In this document: one piece after another, positions 18,676-27,782 of the stretch | Numbering within the stretch: position 1 is the first letter of the stretch | Layout of the letters: every line of letters begins with the position of its first letter | DNA from: a virus | DNA length: 64,000 nt | Reading direction: 5' to 3' (one strand) | Virus record (IMG/VR): IMGVR_UViG_3300020474_001461 | Location: 1-64,000 of that record | Position numbers and translations under genes: made by a program | Notes under the pieces: generated by a model | Told to the model about the DNA's origin: nothing | Database searches by the model: none | Seen by the model: the letters and a program-made list of their open reading frames with translations, nothing else

Positions 18676-19215
18676 CTAATTTAATAAATACCCGTAAGGT
18701 GTTGCGTCTATATCCAATCCTATTGGATAGTTTTCTAATCTTAAATCAACACTCATATTTCTTTGAATGTATGGATTGTAAAACTGACCTACGGCAGTTA
18801 AACAAATTAATCCATTGTGTACATCCATTACTTGAACATCATTCCAAATAATATATTCTTGGTCGCCTGGTATTTCAACACCTGCATATTTGTTATCAGG
18901 ATTTTCCCAAGTGTATTGTCCGATATCTAATAACGCTCCATTATCATCTGCGTCTGAATCTAAACAATACAATGCGAAATGTTGTCTGTCCAATCTTGGT
19001 TCTCCATCATCTACTTGTAGATAAAGGATAAATATTTTCTTGATAGTATCACCGTATTTTATACCACCAAATGTTTTGATTTGTGCGTATCTATCATTTG
19101 GGTCAAAAGACTCACCATCAAGTGAAATCTCTAATACAGGTTCTAATATCTCTTCCTTTTCACAGGAAATAAATAAAAATGACAAAACACTTAAAAATAC
19201 TAATAATTTTTTCAT
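18676..19215 (-). CDS. Lipoprotein (Bacteroidota-type)
   Basis: MKKLLVFLSVLSFLFIS-C-EKEE: lipobox plus K-(D/E)2 signal. Confidence 0.75.
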   Translation of the reverse strand: MKKLLVFLSVLSFLFISCEKEEILEPVLEISLDGESFDPNDRYAQIKTFGGIKYGDTIKKIFILYLQVDDGEPRLDRQHFALYCLDSDADDNGALLDIGQYTWENPDNKYAGVEIPGDQEYIIWNDVQVMDVHNGLICLTAVGQFYNPYIQRNMSVDLRLENYPIGLDIDATPYGYLLN

Positions 19216-19240
19216 ACTAATTTCTCCTACGATATAAATA

Positions 19241-19888
19241 TCATAACCTTTTCATTTTATTTAGATAATCATACATTGAATATCCTAACTTCATACCGAA
19301 CTTTGAATCGGTCTCGTAATGTGCTCTTCCAATATTTCTACTTCTTGAAATATCTCTACCCAAATTCATGAAATTATACTCATGGTCAGGGTACATATCT
19401 GACATTACTTTCGCTATAAGTATTCCTTGACAGGAATGACCACTTGGATATGATGGGGTGTTCATTGACTCCATATATGCTTCTTTTCCAATATCAATCT
19501 TTACCAACGGGTGGTCAGCAATTTGATATGGTCTTGGTCTATTATAGTGAATCTTTAGTGTTCTTGTGAATATTCTACTGTCATCTAATAGTTGGTCTAC
19601 CAAGGATTGGGGAAAATCTAATCCTTGTATATCGCAGTAGTTTTTAAATACTTTGTCAATAGCATCCATTTCTCTGACAAAATCTATATCGTGAGGAAGG
19701 TCACTTAACTTCCTTAATTCTATTTTTACTTTTGATGAATCATTCTGAGGTGGTGGGTTACCTTTGAAATACTCAATAGGGAATCCTTGAAGAAGGTTTG
19801 GTTTTTGATTTATTACCTTTATATCCTTCTTTCTTGGTTCATCCATGAACCTCATGGATTTTAAACTGAGTATATCACCTAATTTCAT
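19241..19888 (-). CDS. PAP2/haloperoxidase-superfamily acid phosphatase
   Basis: K..YNRPRP, PSYPSGH, SR..GRAHY.TD. Confidence 0.88.
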   Translation of the reverse strand: MKLGDILSLKSMRFMDEPRKKDIKVINQKPNLLQGFPIEYFKGNPPPQNDSSKVKIELRKLSDLPHDIDFVREMDAIDKVFKNYCDIQGLDFPQSLVDQLLDDSRIFTRTLKIHYNRPRPYQIADHPLVKIDIGKEAYMESMNTPSYPSGHSCQGILIAKVMSDMYPDHEYNFMNLGRDISRSRNIGRAHYETDSKFGMKLGYSMYDYLNKMKRL

Positions 19889-20028
19889 CTCCCTTGGCCT
19901 CTGTATGGTTTTTTATAGTGTTTACTGTTTTTACCCTTTGACGTTTTTGTCTTAGAGTGAATACCTGGCCTCTTCTTCTTAGGTTTATCGTAATAAGTAG
20001 AGGTACCAAATCCTTTCGCTTTTGCCAT
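19885..20028 (-). CDS. Small highly basic protein (47 aa, ...KKKRPGIHSKTKTSK...YRGQGR)
   Basis: Hand-translated; ATGA overlap with the PAP2 gene. Confidence 0.65.
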   Translation of the reverse strand: MAKAKGFGTSTYYDKPKKKRPGIHSKTKTSKGKNSKHYKKPYRGQGR

Positions 20029-20042
20029 TTAATGCAACCTTT

Positions 20043-20450
20043 CTAAAACTGTGAAGCGGACTTGAGTTCATCGATGTGTTCTTGTAACTCTTGTAAGTCA
20101 ACAGGACACTCTAAATCTAATCCCGCTTTATACATTTCTTCTTTTATACCATCTTTGAATACTATAATGGTCGGTGCCATTCGTATTCTATATTCTTTTT
20201 TAGCGTTTGGTGCTTTTGATATATCAATTCTGTAATAGTGAGTTATTCCTTCAACTTTATCCCAATCTTGGAATGCGTTTGCGTCATTAAACTTTGCCCA
20301 AAACTCAACTATAACAATTGACATTTCATCGTCACCAAATGCGGACTTTTCATGGATTTTATCATCAAAATTACTATCTGTTATCCAATCTTGTCCAAAT
20401 ACGTTACTAAAACTCATTAATAACGATATTAAAAAAACTATCTTTTTCAT
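20043..20450 (-). CDS. Secreted thioredoxin-fold protein lacking CxxC
   Basis: Signal peptide VFG|Q; VEFWAKFN in place of VDFWAxWCxxC; YRIRMAPTIIVFKDG cis-Pro loop. Confidence 0.75.
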   Translation of the reverse strand: MKKIVFLISLLMSFSNVFGQDWITDSNFDDKIHEKSAFGDDEMSIVIVEFWAKFNDANAFQDWDKVEGITHYYRIDISKAPNAKKEYRIRMAPTIIVFKDGIKEEMYKAGLDLECPVDLQELQEHIDELKSASQF

Positions 20451-20461
20451 GCTAACCTATT

Positions 20462-20746
20462 TTAGTTATTCTTTTGTATCTCGTACAATCTCTCATCTAT
20501 CTTATCGAGTTTGTCTTTGATTTCATCTACATCATCTTGAGTATCTAAAATTGTCTGGCGAATTAATTCGTCCTTTAAATCATACTCAGTTCTGTCTATA
20601 ACAGGCTCAGGTAATTCCTTTGCCTCTTGAATGTCACCCTGTAAGGTGAACCACATTCCAATAACTGTTGCTAAAGTAAATAAGATTACCCCGATTGTTT
20701 TTAAATCGAGGGTTATTTTTGTTTCTTCTGATACTTGCTTTGCCAT
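20462..20746 (-). CDS. Single-pass membrane protein with C-terminal coiled coil
   Basis: TIGVILFTLATVIGMWF, then heptads (DVDEIKDKLDKIDERL). Confidence 0.7.
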   Translation of the reverse strand: MAKQVSEETKITLDLKTIGVILFTLATVIGMWFTLQGDIQEAKELPEPVIDRTEYDLKDELIRQTILDTQDDVDEIKDKLDKIDERLYEIQKNN

Positions 20747-20763
20747 AACAAATCCTCTTAATC

Positions 20764-22017
20764 CTATCTAAATGTATAATTTATACCAAATGTTGTAATG
20801 AAAAATTTAGAATCCCACATTTGAGTATATTCACCTTCTGCAAATAACCCGATTGATTTTCCGATTTTCCATCCAAAGTTTGCACCTGCTTGGTAATCCC
20901 ACCACTGTTCACCTTTTGCTGCGTCTGCTAACCCATATTGGTCCCAATCGTTTCTGTATAAGTAAGATAGAGGAACTCTTCCTTGTTCATCTGTATCACC
21001 CATTACATACTTGTGATATGGTAAAAATGCTGAACCGTATAGGTGTAACCAAAAGTTTGACTTGTAGTGATAGAAATCAAAACCTACAACTGGCGATATC
21101 AATCCAAATTCTGAGGTGTTACCTAATATTTCTTGGTTATATCTTGAAATCAGTCTTTTGTAAGGACCATCTCTAAATTGCAAATCCGAAGATGCGACTC
21201 TTCTTCCTTCAGGGTCCCACCAAAAATAACCACCTATGTTTTCTTCTTCACCTGAAATTGGATTGAAGATTGTTGTGGTATAAAATGCGTCTTGGAATCC
21301 ATACTCATATGCCAACTCATACCAATAGTTTTCTTGGTTTCCGTCTCCGTCCAATGCACTTACCCAAATCTCATATGGATTAACTCCATAAACTCTTTCG
21401 TGAGTTCTAAATGCTGCACCTGCTGATATAGAGAACTTTTTACCGATTGGTAATCTTCCTCTTACTTCTGCTGCACTATAGTTAAAGTCAAATGCACCTT
21501 GATATCTTTGTTCAAGTTTTACGATATGGTATTTACCTGTATGTCTAAGGAAGTATCTTAGGTTTTCCCACTCTTCACCTCTTCTTCGTTCCTTCTCAAA
21601 GTGGAATAAGTATTCCCAACCTTGAACTGCTGAAGTTGGTGCGATTAATGCGTTTTGTCTTTCTAAGTTTTGGTCACCTGTCCAAAAGTTACCTGGCTTT
21701 CTTTCATATCCAAAACGACCTAATTTACGAATACCGAAGCCGATTCTGTAATCCGATGGAAAGTATTCAGTAACATCTACTACTTCAGGTACATCGTAGA
21801 TACCTTGTCCATCAGGAGTTCTGATTAGATATTTCTTATCTGAACTTTCATAAGGTGCTCTATAATCACCAGCTCCATATACTGTTGCGTATTTGAAGAA
21901 GTTATCATAGAAAGTTTTGAATATTGGTTTTTTGTCTTTCTTTTTTTCATCTTGTGCATTTACACCTGCTGGTATAATCATCAAGATAATCATCAAAATT
22001 GATAATAAATTTTTCAT
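20764..22017 (-). CDS. Putative outer-membrane beta-barrel protein
   Basis: Signal peptide VNA|Q; many alternating amphipathic strands; aromatic-rich; ends FGINYTFR (beta-signal-like). Confidence 0.7.
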   Translation of the reverse strand: MKNLLSILMIILMIIPAGVNAQDEKKKDKKPIFKTFYDNFFKYATVYGAGDYRAPYESSDKKYLIRTPDGQGIYDVPEVVDVTEYFPSDYRIGFGIRKLGRFGYERKPGNFWTGDQNLERQNALIAPTSAVQGWEYLFHFEKERRRGEEWENLRYFLRHTGKYHIVKLEQRYQGAFDFNYSAAEVRGRLPIGKKFSISAGAAFRTHERVYGVNPYEIWVSALDGDGNQENYWYELAYEYGFQDAFYTTTIFNPISGEEENIGGYFWWDPEGRRVASSDLQFRDGPYKRLISRYNQEILGNTSEFGLISPVVGFDFYHYKSNFWLHLYGSAFLPYHKYVMGDTDEQGRVPLSYLYRNDWDQYGLADAAKGEQWWDYQAGANFGWKIGKSIGLFAEGEYTQMWDSKFFITTFGINYTFR

Positions 22018-22039
22018 CGTGGTTCTTTACCCTTCTCTT

Positions 22040-22288
22040 CTACTTTTTAGCGAACTTTTCTAACCCTGCAATCCCAAAACAACCTAACGTTACAAATACA
22101 AAAGAATTGTATATAAACTCGTTGATTACTAAGTCTTTTCCAAAGTAACCTGTAGCAAGGTCAAAGAATGCGAATAACGTCATTACTGCAAATGACATGA
22201 ATCCAATCACGTTTTTTTCATTGATATCGTTGTCATCTTTAAAAATGTCTTTAAATGCCATCCATTTTCTCCTAATATATTTTATCAT
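22040..22288 (-). CDS. Holin-like 2-TM protein
   Basis: Two TM helices, basic C-terminus, next to the endolysin; two possible Met starts (M1, M10). Confidence 0.55.
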   Translation of the reverse strand: MIKYIRRKWMAFKDIFKDDNDINEKNVIGFMSFAVMTLFAFFDLATGYFGKDLVINEFIYNSFVFVTLGCFGIAGLEKFAKK

Positions 22289-22335
22289 AATATAACCTTT
22301 TTATAACTTGTTACTAATATAAATAGTCTGTTTTT

Positions 22336-23217
22336 CTACAAACTTACTAACATATCCAATAATTCCTCTTGTGGGAACATATCGAATTTATCTTTACGAG
22401 TATTGGTGTGTGTCCACATACCTTTTACTCTTCCATAATATGCGTCTTCATTGAATTCAAATCCATCTGCACCTTTTTGTTTTACTTCTTCTACAAGACC
22501 TTTTCTTACATCGATATTATCTCGTTCTGCAATCCATAAAATCCATAGTCTTAATGCTTCAATTTGTTTATCTGAATATCTATGCCAATGTTTAAATCCT
22601 CTAAATGGTTTGTCCAAAGACACCATTTGTGATTCATGTGCAGTTGTTCCTGCATATGTTTTTCCATCTTTCAGATATCCAAAGTTATTTACCTCAATAC
22701 CAACAGAATGTGTATGCATATGTTGTGAACCATTTTTACCTAAGTGCCATCCGTAGTGTCCTTCAGGAAATGCCTGAACCATTACTCCGTCATATGTTTC
22801 GTCATTACCTTTTATTGATTGTCCACCTAATACGAATTCAGTTGCTACTGCACCTCTACTATCTCGACCCCAATGGTCAATAGTTCTATATGGATTCTGC
22901 CATCCCGCTGTATGATGTAAGAATACATACTCTTTGTTAGTTATTCCACTTTTGTATTCACCTACAGGTAAATAATGTCTATTAACTACTAATCCGTTTT
23001 CTGTTGTGAATGTTTTCTCAGAATCATCAGTAGTAGCAAGACCCATAGAATCCCAAGTGGAAGGACCAACAATACCATCAGGAACCAAACCATTGGCTTT
23101 TTGAAACTCCTGAACTGCTTTTTTAGTTCCTTCACCGAATATACCATCTGCTCCTATTTCTAAAAATTCTTGTAAATCTTTTACTTCTTGTCCTCTCGAA
23201 CCTACTCTAAGTATCAT
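22336..23217 (-). CDS. Endolysin: peptidoglycan-binding domain plus N-acetylmuramoyl-L-alanine amidase
   Basis: DGIFGEGTKKAVQEFQ..NGL..DGIVGP; LHHTAG, SVGIEV, TH...RKDK.D. Confidence 0.9.
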   Translation of the reverse strand: MILRVGSRGQEVKDLQEFLEIGADGIFGEGTKKAVQEFQKANGLVPDGIVGPSTWDSMGLATTDDSEKTFTTENGLVVNRHYLPVGEYKSGITNKEYVFLHHTAGWQNPYRTIDHWGRDSRGAVATEFVLGGQSIKGNDETYDGVMVQAFPEGHYGWHLGKNGSQHMHTHSVGIEVNNFGYLKDGKTYAGTTAHESQMVSLDKPFRGFKHWHRYSDKQIEALRLWILWIAERDNIDVRKGLVEEVKQKGADGFEFNEDAYYGRVKGMWTHTNTRKDKFDMFPQEELLDMLVSL

Positions 23218-23538
23218 TTATTTCCTCTTTTTACGACCTGCACAATGAGCTTTTTGAGAAAAACCTTTTGGATTGTTACAGTCTATTGATTTTTTATATT
23301 TGTCTGACCATTTCTCATCAATCTTTTTGATGAGTTCTTCTAACTGTTTGTATAAGGATTCCTTTTTACTTGGAAGTCCTTTATGTTTAGTTGAAGCATA
23401 TTTTTTAATATCTGACTTGGACATTCTCTTAGCCGTATCTCTAACATCTTTAGAAACATCAGATGGTTTTACATCACCTTTTTTCAAAGCATATACAAGA
23501 CCCATATATTTCTGTTGTTGTTTACTTGTTGACGGCAT
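23218..23538 (-). CDS. Basic phage protein (DUF3008-like N-terminus)
   Basis: MPSTSKQQQKYMG...; KWSDKYKKSIDCNNPKGFSQKAHC. Confidence 0.6.
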   Translation of the reverse strand: MPSTSKQQQKYMGLVYALKKGDVKPSDVSKDVRDTAKRMSKSDIKKYASTKHKGLPSKKESLYKQLEELIKKIDEKWSDKYKKSIDCNNPKGFSQKAHCAGRKKRK

Positions 23539-23550
23539 AAAATCTCCTTA

Positions 23551-23772
23551 CTAATAAATATGGACAAATTCTAATGGAATGGTCCATTTCATATCAAAAG
23601 GGTCGTTAACGTCTACTTCGCCCTTTTGTTCGTTGAGTGATAAAAGAGTCACTTTCTCTCCCTCTACGAGACTCCCCCTGAAATTCGAGAAAGTTTTGGT
23701 CATTATTATTTTTTTTCCTACGTTTTCTTTTAATTTGTTCATAGTGTTCGTTCTCATAATATTCATCATCAT
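23551..23772 (-). CDS. Small SH3-like hypothetical protein (start uncertain)
   Basis: Beta-rich GSLVEGEKVTLL..GEVDVNDPF..WTIP. Confidence 0.5.
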   Translation of the reverse strand: MMMNIMRTNTMNKLKENVGKKIIMTKTFSNFRGSLVEGEKVTLLSLNEQKGEVDVNDPFDMKWTIPLEFVHIY

Positions 23773-23806
23773 CGAAGTCTATACTCCGAATATCAATCTT
23801 ACCCAT
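23606..23806 (-). CDS. Acidic/basic low-complexity protein overlapping the previous ORF
   Basis: ATG coupled to the upstream stop; biased charge blocks. Confidence 0.45.
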   Translation of the reverse strand: MGKIDIRSIDFDDDEYYENEHYEQIKRKRRKKNNNDQNFLEFQGESRRGRESDSFITQRTKGRSRR

Positions 23807-24044
23807 TTTTAATTACCTTTAAGTTTTTGATTTTATCTAAGAATTCTTCTACAGAATAGTTTTTGTTTTGTTCATCTTTAATTTTGACTTCTGTAAGTGT
23901 ATCAGGATACTTTTCTACCAATCTTTCAAGAATTCCAAACCCTTCTTCAGTCCAAAAATTCTTGAACGAAACTTCACCTAAGATGTTTGTTGAATAGTCA
24001 ACATCTTCTTCTGTATCTTCTGGCAGTAGTATAAAGTATCTCAT
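23799..24044 (-). CDS. Hypothetical protein
   Basis: 81-aa ORF coupled to its neighbours. Confidence 0.65.
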   Translation of the reverse strand: MRYFILLPEDTEEDVDYSTNILGEVSFKNFWTEEGFGILERLVEKYPDTLTEVKIKDEQNKNYSVEEFLDKIKNLKVIKNG

Positions 24045-25219
24045 AGTTTTATCAACTCATTTTCATAGTATTTTATTTTATTAACCTTTATATTAAATAT
24101 GTCCAATTCAAACTCTCCGATTTCAATTTCGTTAGAATCAAAGATTTCTGCCCACTTTTGGATGTATGTAAACGATTGATTTGAAAGTCTATTTGCGTCA
24201 AAACTTATCTCAATATCTGAATCAATATCTACATTTATTCTTTTAGTTAAATCAAACTGAGTATTTGGTTGTTCCAATTTTATATAACTCTCAATGATAT
24301 CTTTTGGTAAATCTGTAACAATTCTATCACACCAAGGTTCTAAAATATTTAACATTTGTGAATTACAGTTCTCTACATTAAACTGAATATCGTATTTATG
24401 TGGAACCTCAGGTAACATAAATTCATCATGTTTTACAAAATGACCCCATTTTCTAATAAAATTCCTTGTTGACCTCTGATTTTGTTTTAACCATTCATCT
24501 GATTCTTTACCTACTTCAGTTAATGTTGGATTGAATCTTGACCCTCTACAAGTCATGTGATATACAAACCCGTCCCAAACTTGAATCAAATCATATCCAT
24601 TTAGTAAAAATCTATTAAATATATCAGAATCCTCTTTTGATTGTGGTGCATACAAAGGGTCGTGTCCACCGATTGATGTAAAGTCTTCTTTATATAAAAA
24701 CCAAGGTGCAAATATACCTTTTGTAATTTTAGTTTTACTTGTAAACTTAGGAATCTCTATAAGAAGTTCTTCTTCCAAGAAATCTTCTGGCTCAGTTTTA
24801 CCGTCCCAAAGAATTTTTTCAGGACCATCAGGATGTAGTGGTGGTTCAATACGAGTCCAAGAAACTACTGTTTTTGGTTTTAGATTCTTTATCAATGATT
24901 CTAATGCGCCTGGACAAAGGTACATATCTGCGTGATAGATTCCAACAACTTTTGTAGTTGCTACTTCATTAATCAATCTATCATATAAGATTGTATGTCC
25001 TAATCTTGTAGGTCCATCATTTCTAATAGCTTTGAAGTTTGGGTCTTTCTTCATCATCTCTTGACACCATTCCCAAGTTCCATCTGAACTAAAGTCGTCC
25101 GCTACACAAATGTGTGGTTCAGGACCACCATTTTTTCTAATTGATTCGTATGACCACTTTAGATACTTTAAATTATCTCTTGATGGTTGAATAAAACTAA
25201 TATCACTTTTAGTTAACAT
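24041..25219 (-). CDS. Glycosyltransferase family 2
   Basis: ISFIQPSR, ADDFSSDGT, HADM, EDSD. Confidence 0.88.
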   Translation of the reverse strand: MLTKSDISFIQPSRDNLKYLKWSYESIRKNGGPEPHICVADDFSSDGTWEWCQEMMKKDPNFKAIRNDGPTRLGHTILYDRLINEVATTKVVGIYHADMYLCPGALESLIKNLKPKTVVSWTRIEPPLHPDGPEKILWDGKTEPEDFLEEELLIEIPKFTSKTKITKGIFAPWFLYKEDFTSIGGHDPLYAPQSKEDSDIFNRFLLNGYDLIQVWDGFVYHMTCRGSRFNPTLTEVGKESDEWLKQNQRSTRNFIRKWGHFVKHDEFMLPEVPHKYDIQFNVENCNSQMLNILEPWCDRIVTDLPKDIIESYIKLEQPNTQFDLTKRINVDIDSDIEISFDANRLSNQSFTYIQKWAEIFDSNEIEIGEFELDIFNIKVNKIKYYENELIKL

Positions 25220-26030
25220 AATCTTTTACCTTTTTAATTAAATCATCATATGTTTTCACATGATTTATTTTTTGACCTGAAAGTTTAGGAAAGAAGGTTT
25301 CATACGCTTTATGTTTCACTTCATAACCCTCGACACCATAAATGATACCTTGTCCACCAAAATACGCACTCAAGGCAGAGTTACCACCTTGAGTTGATAT
25401 AAAATGATTACAATTTGACATTACTGCCATTTGTGTGGTGTTGTAATCTAAGTTATATTCTTCTGCGTAATTTTGCATGGTCGGAATACTCATCTCTCTT
25501 ACCAATTCTCTATCTCCGAATTCTTCTTGTGGTGTATCATCATTTACTATATTATTTGTATATGGTCTATTGTAAATAATATTAAATTTATCTTTACATA
25601 ATTCAAATATCCATCTTAGTACATCGACACTAAGATAGTTTACAGGACCTCGTCCCCATTCATTTTGAATTTTATTTGAAACCACTAAAAATGGTTTATC
25701 TTTTTTTATTTGGAATCGTTCTAAATAATATGATTTCAAATCAGGTGGTGACCATTTGTCTTCCCACATCAGTTTATCACCAACAACAGGTCTTGAAAAA
25801 ACACCTGCTACATGATTATGTGGTCTGTAATAAGATTTACCATCGATTACTAATTCAAAAAAAGTATGTCTACTCTTATACTTTTCAGTTACTTTTATGT
25901 TTGGATACAATAAAGACGAACCCTTCGCTGATATAACTTCAACATCATGTCCTTGTTCTTTATACCAATTTACTAAAGGTAATCCTGCGAACAACTCGTA
26001 ACCAAATTCACCACTAATCTCAAACTTCAT
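25209..26030 (-). CDS. Putative glycosyltransferase-like protein
   Basis: GEFGYEL N-terminus, FISTQGG (GT-B-like); located in the sugar cluster. Confidence 0.45.
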   Translation of the reverse strand: MKFEISGEFGYELFAGLPLVNWYKEQGHDVEVISAKGSSLLYPNIKVTEKYKSRHTFFELVIDGKSYYRPHNHVAGVFSRPVVGDKLMWEDKWSPPDLKSYYLERFQIKKDKPFLVVSNKIQNEWGRGPVNYLSVDVLRWIFELCKDKFNIIYNRPYTNNIVNDDTPQEEFGDRELVREMSIPTMQNYAEEYNLDYNTTQMAVMSNCNHFISTQGGNSALSAYFGGQGIIYGVEGYEVKHKAYETFFPKLSGQKINHVKTYDDLIKKVKDYVN

Positions 26031-26886
26031 ATAATTCTTTTATATATTGTTCTAATCTATCTTCAGGTTTCCAACTGAGTCTTGATATTGCTTCATCATT
26101 CTCTCTAAGTGTTTCTCTGTAGTTACCATATTGGTCTTCTACATATTCTTTAGAACCACCACCGTATTTAATAAACCAATCAGATACTTCGTTTATACTG
26201 TAATTCTTTCCACATCCTAATTCCCATGCGTCTTCGTGTTTATGAGCAAAGAATCCTACTTTTATTAGTCCATCTACAATATCAACTACATGAGTAAAAT
26301 CTCTTCTTTGTTCACCATCACCAACGATTGTTAATGGTTGGTCGTCTTCTATTTGTCGTCTCCAAATACCAATAACTGCTGCCCAATCACCTTCAATAAC
26401 TTCATATGGTCCATACACATTGTAAAATCTACAAATCTCTATATCCATATTATATGTTTTTTTATACATCTTACAAACCTCTTCACCAAGATACTTACAC
26501 GCGGCGTATGGTGATTGATATGGGTCATGATGTTTTGATGATGAACCTGCATAAACTACTTTTGTGTTTGTCTTTCTTGCAAACTCTAAAATCTTTTGAG
26601 TCCCACCTGTATTTACATTAAATGTATATGATGGATTTTTAAATGATGGTTGTATTCTTGATAACCCTGCTAAGTGATAAATCAAATCAAACTCTGAAAA
26701 TTCAAGGTCGTGGTATCTATCAAAGTCTACAACAGACATTTCGATGTATTTACAACCCTGTATGTGATTTTCTTTATGTCCTGTAGAGTAATCATCAACT
26801 GATGTTACACTATGTCCTTCTTCAATCAATCTTTCAATCAAGTTTGTTCCTACAAAACCTGCTCCACCTGTTACTAATATATTCAT
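26020..26886 (-). CDS. NAD-dependent epimerase/dehydratase
   Basis: LVTGGAGFVG, YAACK, RFYNVYG, GDGEQRRDF. Confidence 0.92.
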   Translation of the reverse strand: MNILVTGGAGFVGTNLIERLIEEGHSVTSVDDYSTGHKENHIQGCKYIEMSVVDFDRYHDLEFSEFDLIYHLAGLSRIQPSFKNPSYTFNVNTGGTQKILEFARKTNTKVVYAGSSSKHHDPYQSPYAACKYLGEEVCKMYKKTYNMDIEICRFYNVYGPYEVIEGDWAAVIGIWRRQIEDDQPLTIVGDGEQRRDFTHVVDIVDGLIKVGFFAHKHEDAWELGCGKNYSINEVSDWFIKYGGGSKEYVEDQYGNYRETLRENDEAISRLSWKPEDRLEQYIKELYEV

Positions 26887-27782
26887 AATAATGGTATCCT
26901 ATTAGGGTTATTTGTTCCTTCTATTGGTTTTACAAAAGTTTGGTCGTCACTATCAGGTAACCTACCCCACTTGTTAATAAACTTTCTTGCGTTTTTTGAT
27001 TCTGATTCCTGTTGTCTTTTAGATTTAGAATTCAGTTTATCTTTTGCTTCATCTCTAAAATGAGAACCTCTTGCTGAAAAATGATATACAATTGACTTGG
27101 ATGACATAATAAACTTATATCCTTCTAATTGCATTCTAATAAACAAATCCATATCATCATATGACGCAGGTGCGAATAGTGGGTCGTTACCACCAATCCA
27201 AACATAGTCTTCTTTTTTACAGAAGAATCCTGCTCCACCACCTTTTCTTACACGAGTCTCATCCATTGATGAAAGTTTCTGAGACCAATCATCAAACCAC
27301 TCCTTGTCAAAGTTATGATGGAATTCACCAAACTCATCTGTTGATACAAATACAGTTCCTGGCCTATAATCAGGGTCATTTGGAAATATCTTAGGTTGGA
27401 TTCTAAATGATGATGCGATTATTCTATCAACTCCATCACCTTCTTCTACAATCTTTTGTAACTCTAAATCTTGATTTGGTGATATCCACATATCAGAGTG
27501 GATTATATTTACATACTCGGTTTCTGATTTGTCAACACAAAAGTCCATACCACCACCAATTCCTCTTGGTACATCATTGTGTTCTATAAAACCTTTTAGA
27601 TTCTTATCCTCTTGCATTAGATTAAGTAACCATTCATCTGTACCATCAGTACAATTCTCTGCGTGAATCACAATCGGTTGGTCTTTGTAATATGCATTCT
27701 TTCTTACCGATTCGTAAGCAAGTTTTACATAATCAAGATTATTATTTGTTGATATACAAGTTGTTATTGGACTTTTTCCCAT
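26883..27782 (-). CDS. Glycosyltransferase family 2
   Basis: ENCTDGT, HSDM, YDDMD; paralogous to 24041-25219. Confidence 0.85.
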   Translation of the reverse strand: MGKSPITTCISTNNNLDYVKLAYESVRKNAYYKDQPIVIHAENCTDGTDEWLLNLMQEDKNLKGFIEHNDVPRGIGGGMDFCVDKSETEYVNIIHSDMWISPNQDLELQKIVEEGDGVDRIIASSFRIQPKIFPNDPDYRPGTVFVSTDEFGEFHHNFDKEWFDDWSQKLSSMDETRVRKGGGAGFFCKKEDYVWIGGNDPLFAPASYDDMDLFIRMQLEGYKFIMSSKSIVYHFSARGSHFRDEAKDKLNSKSKRQQESESKNARKFINKWGRLPDSDDQTFVKPIEGTNNPNRIPLL

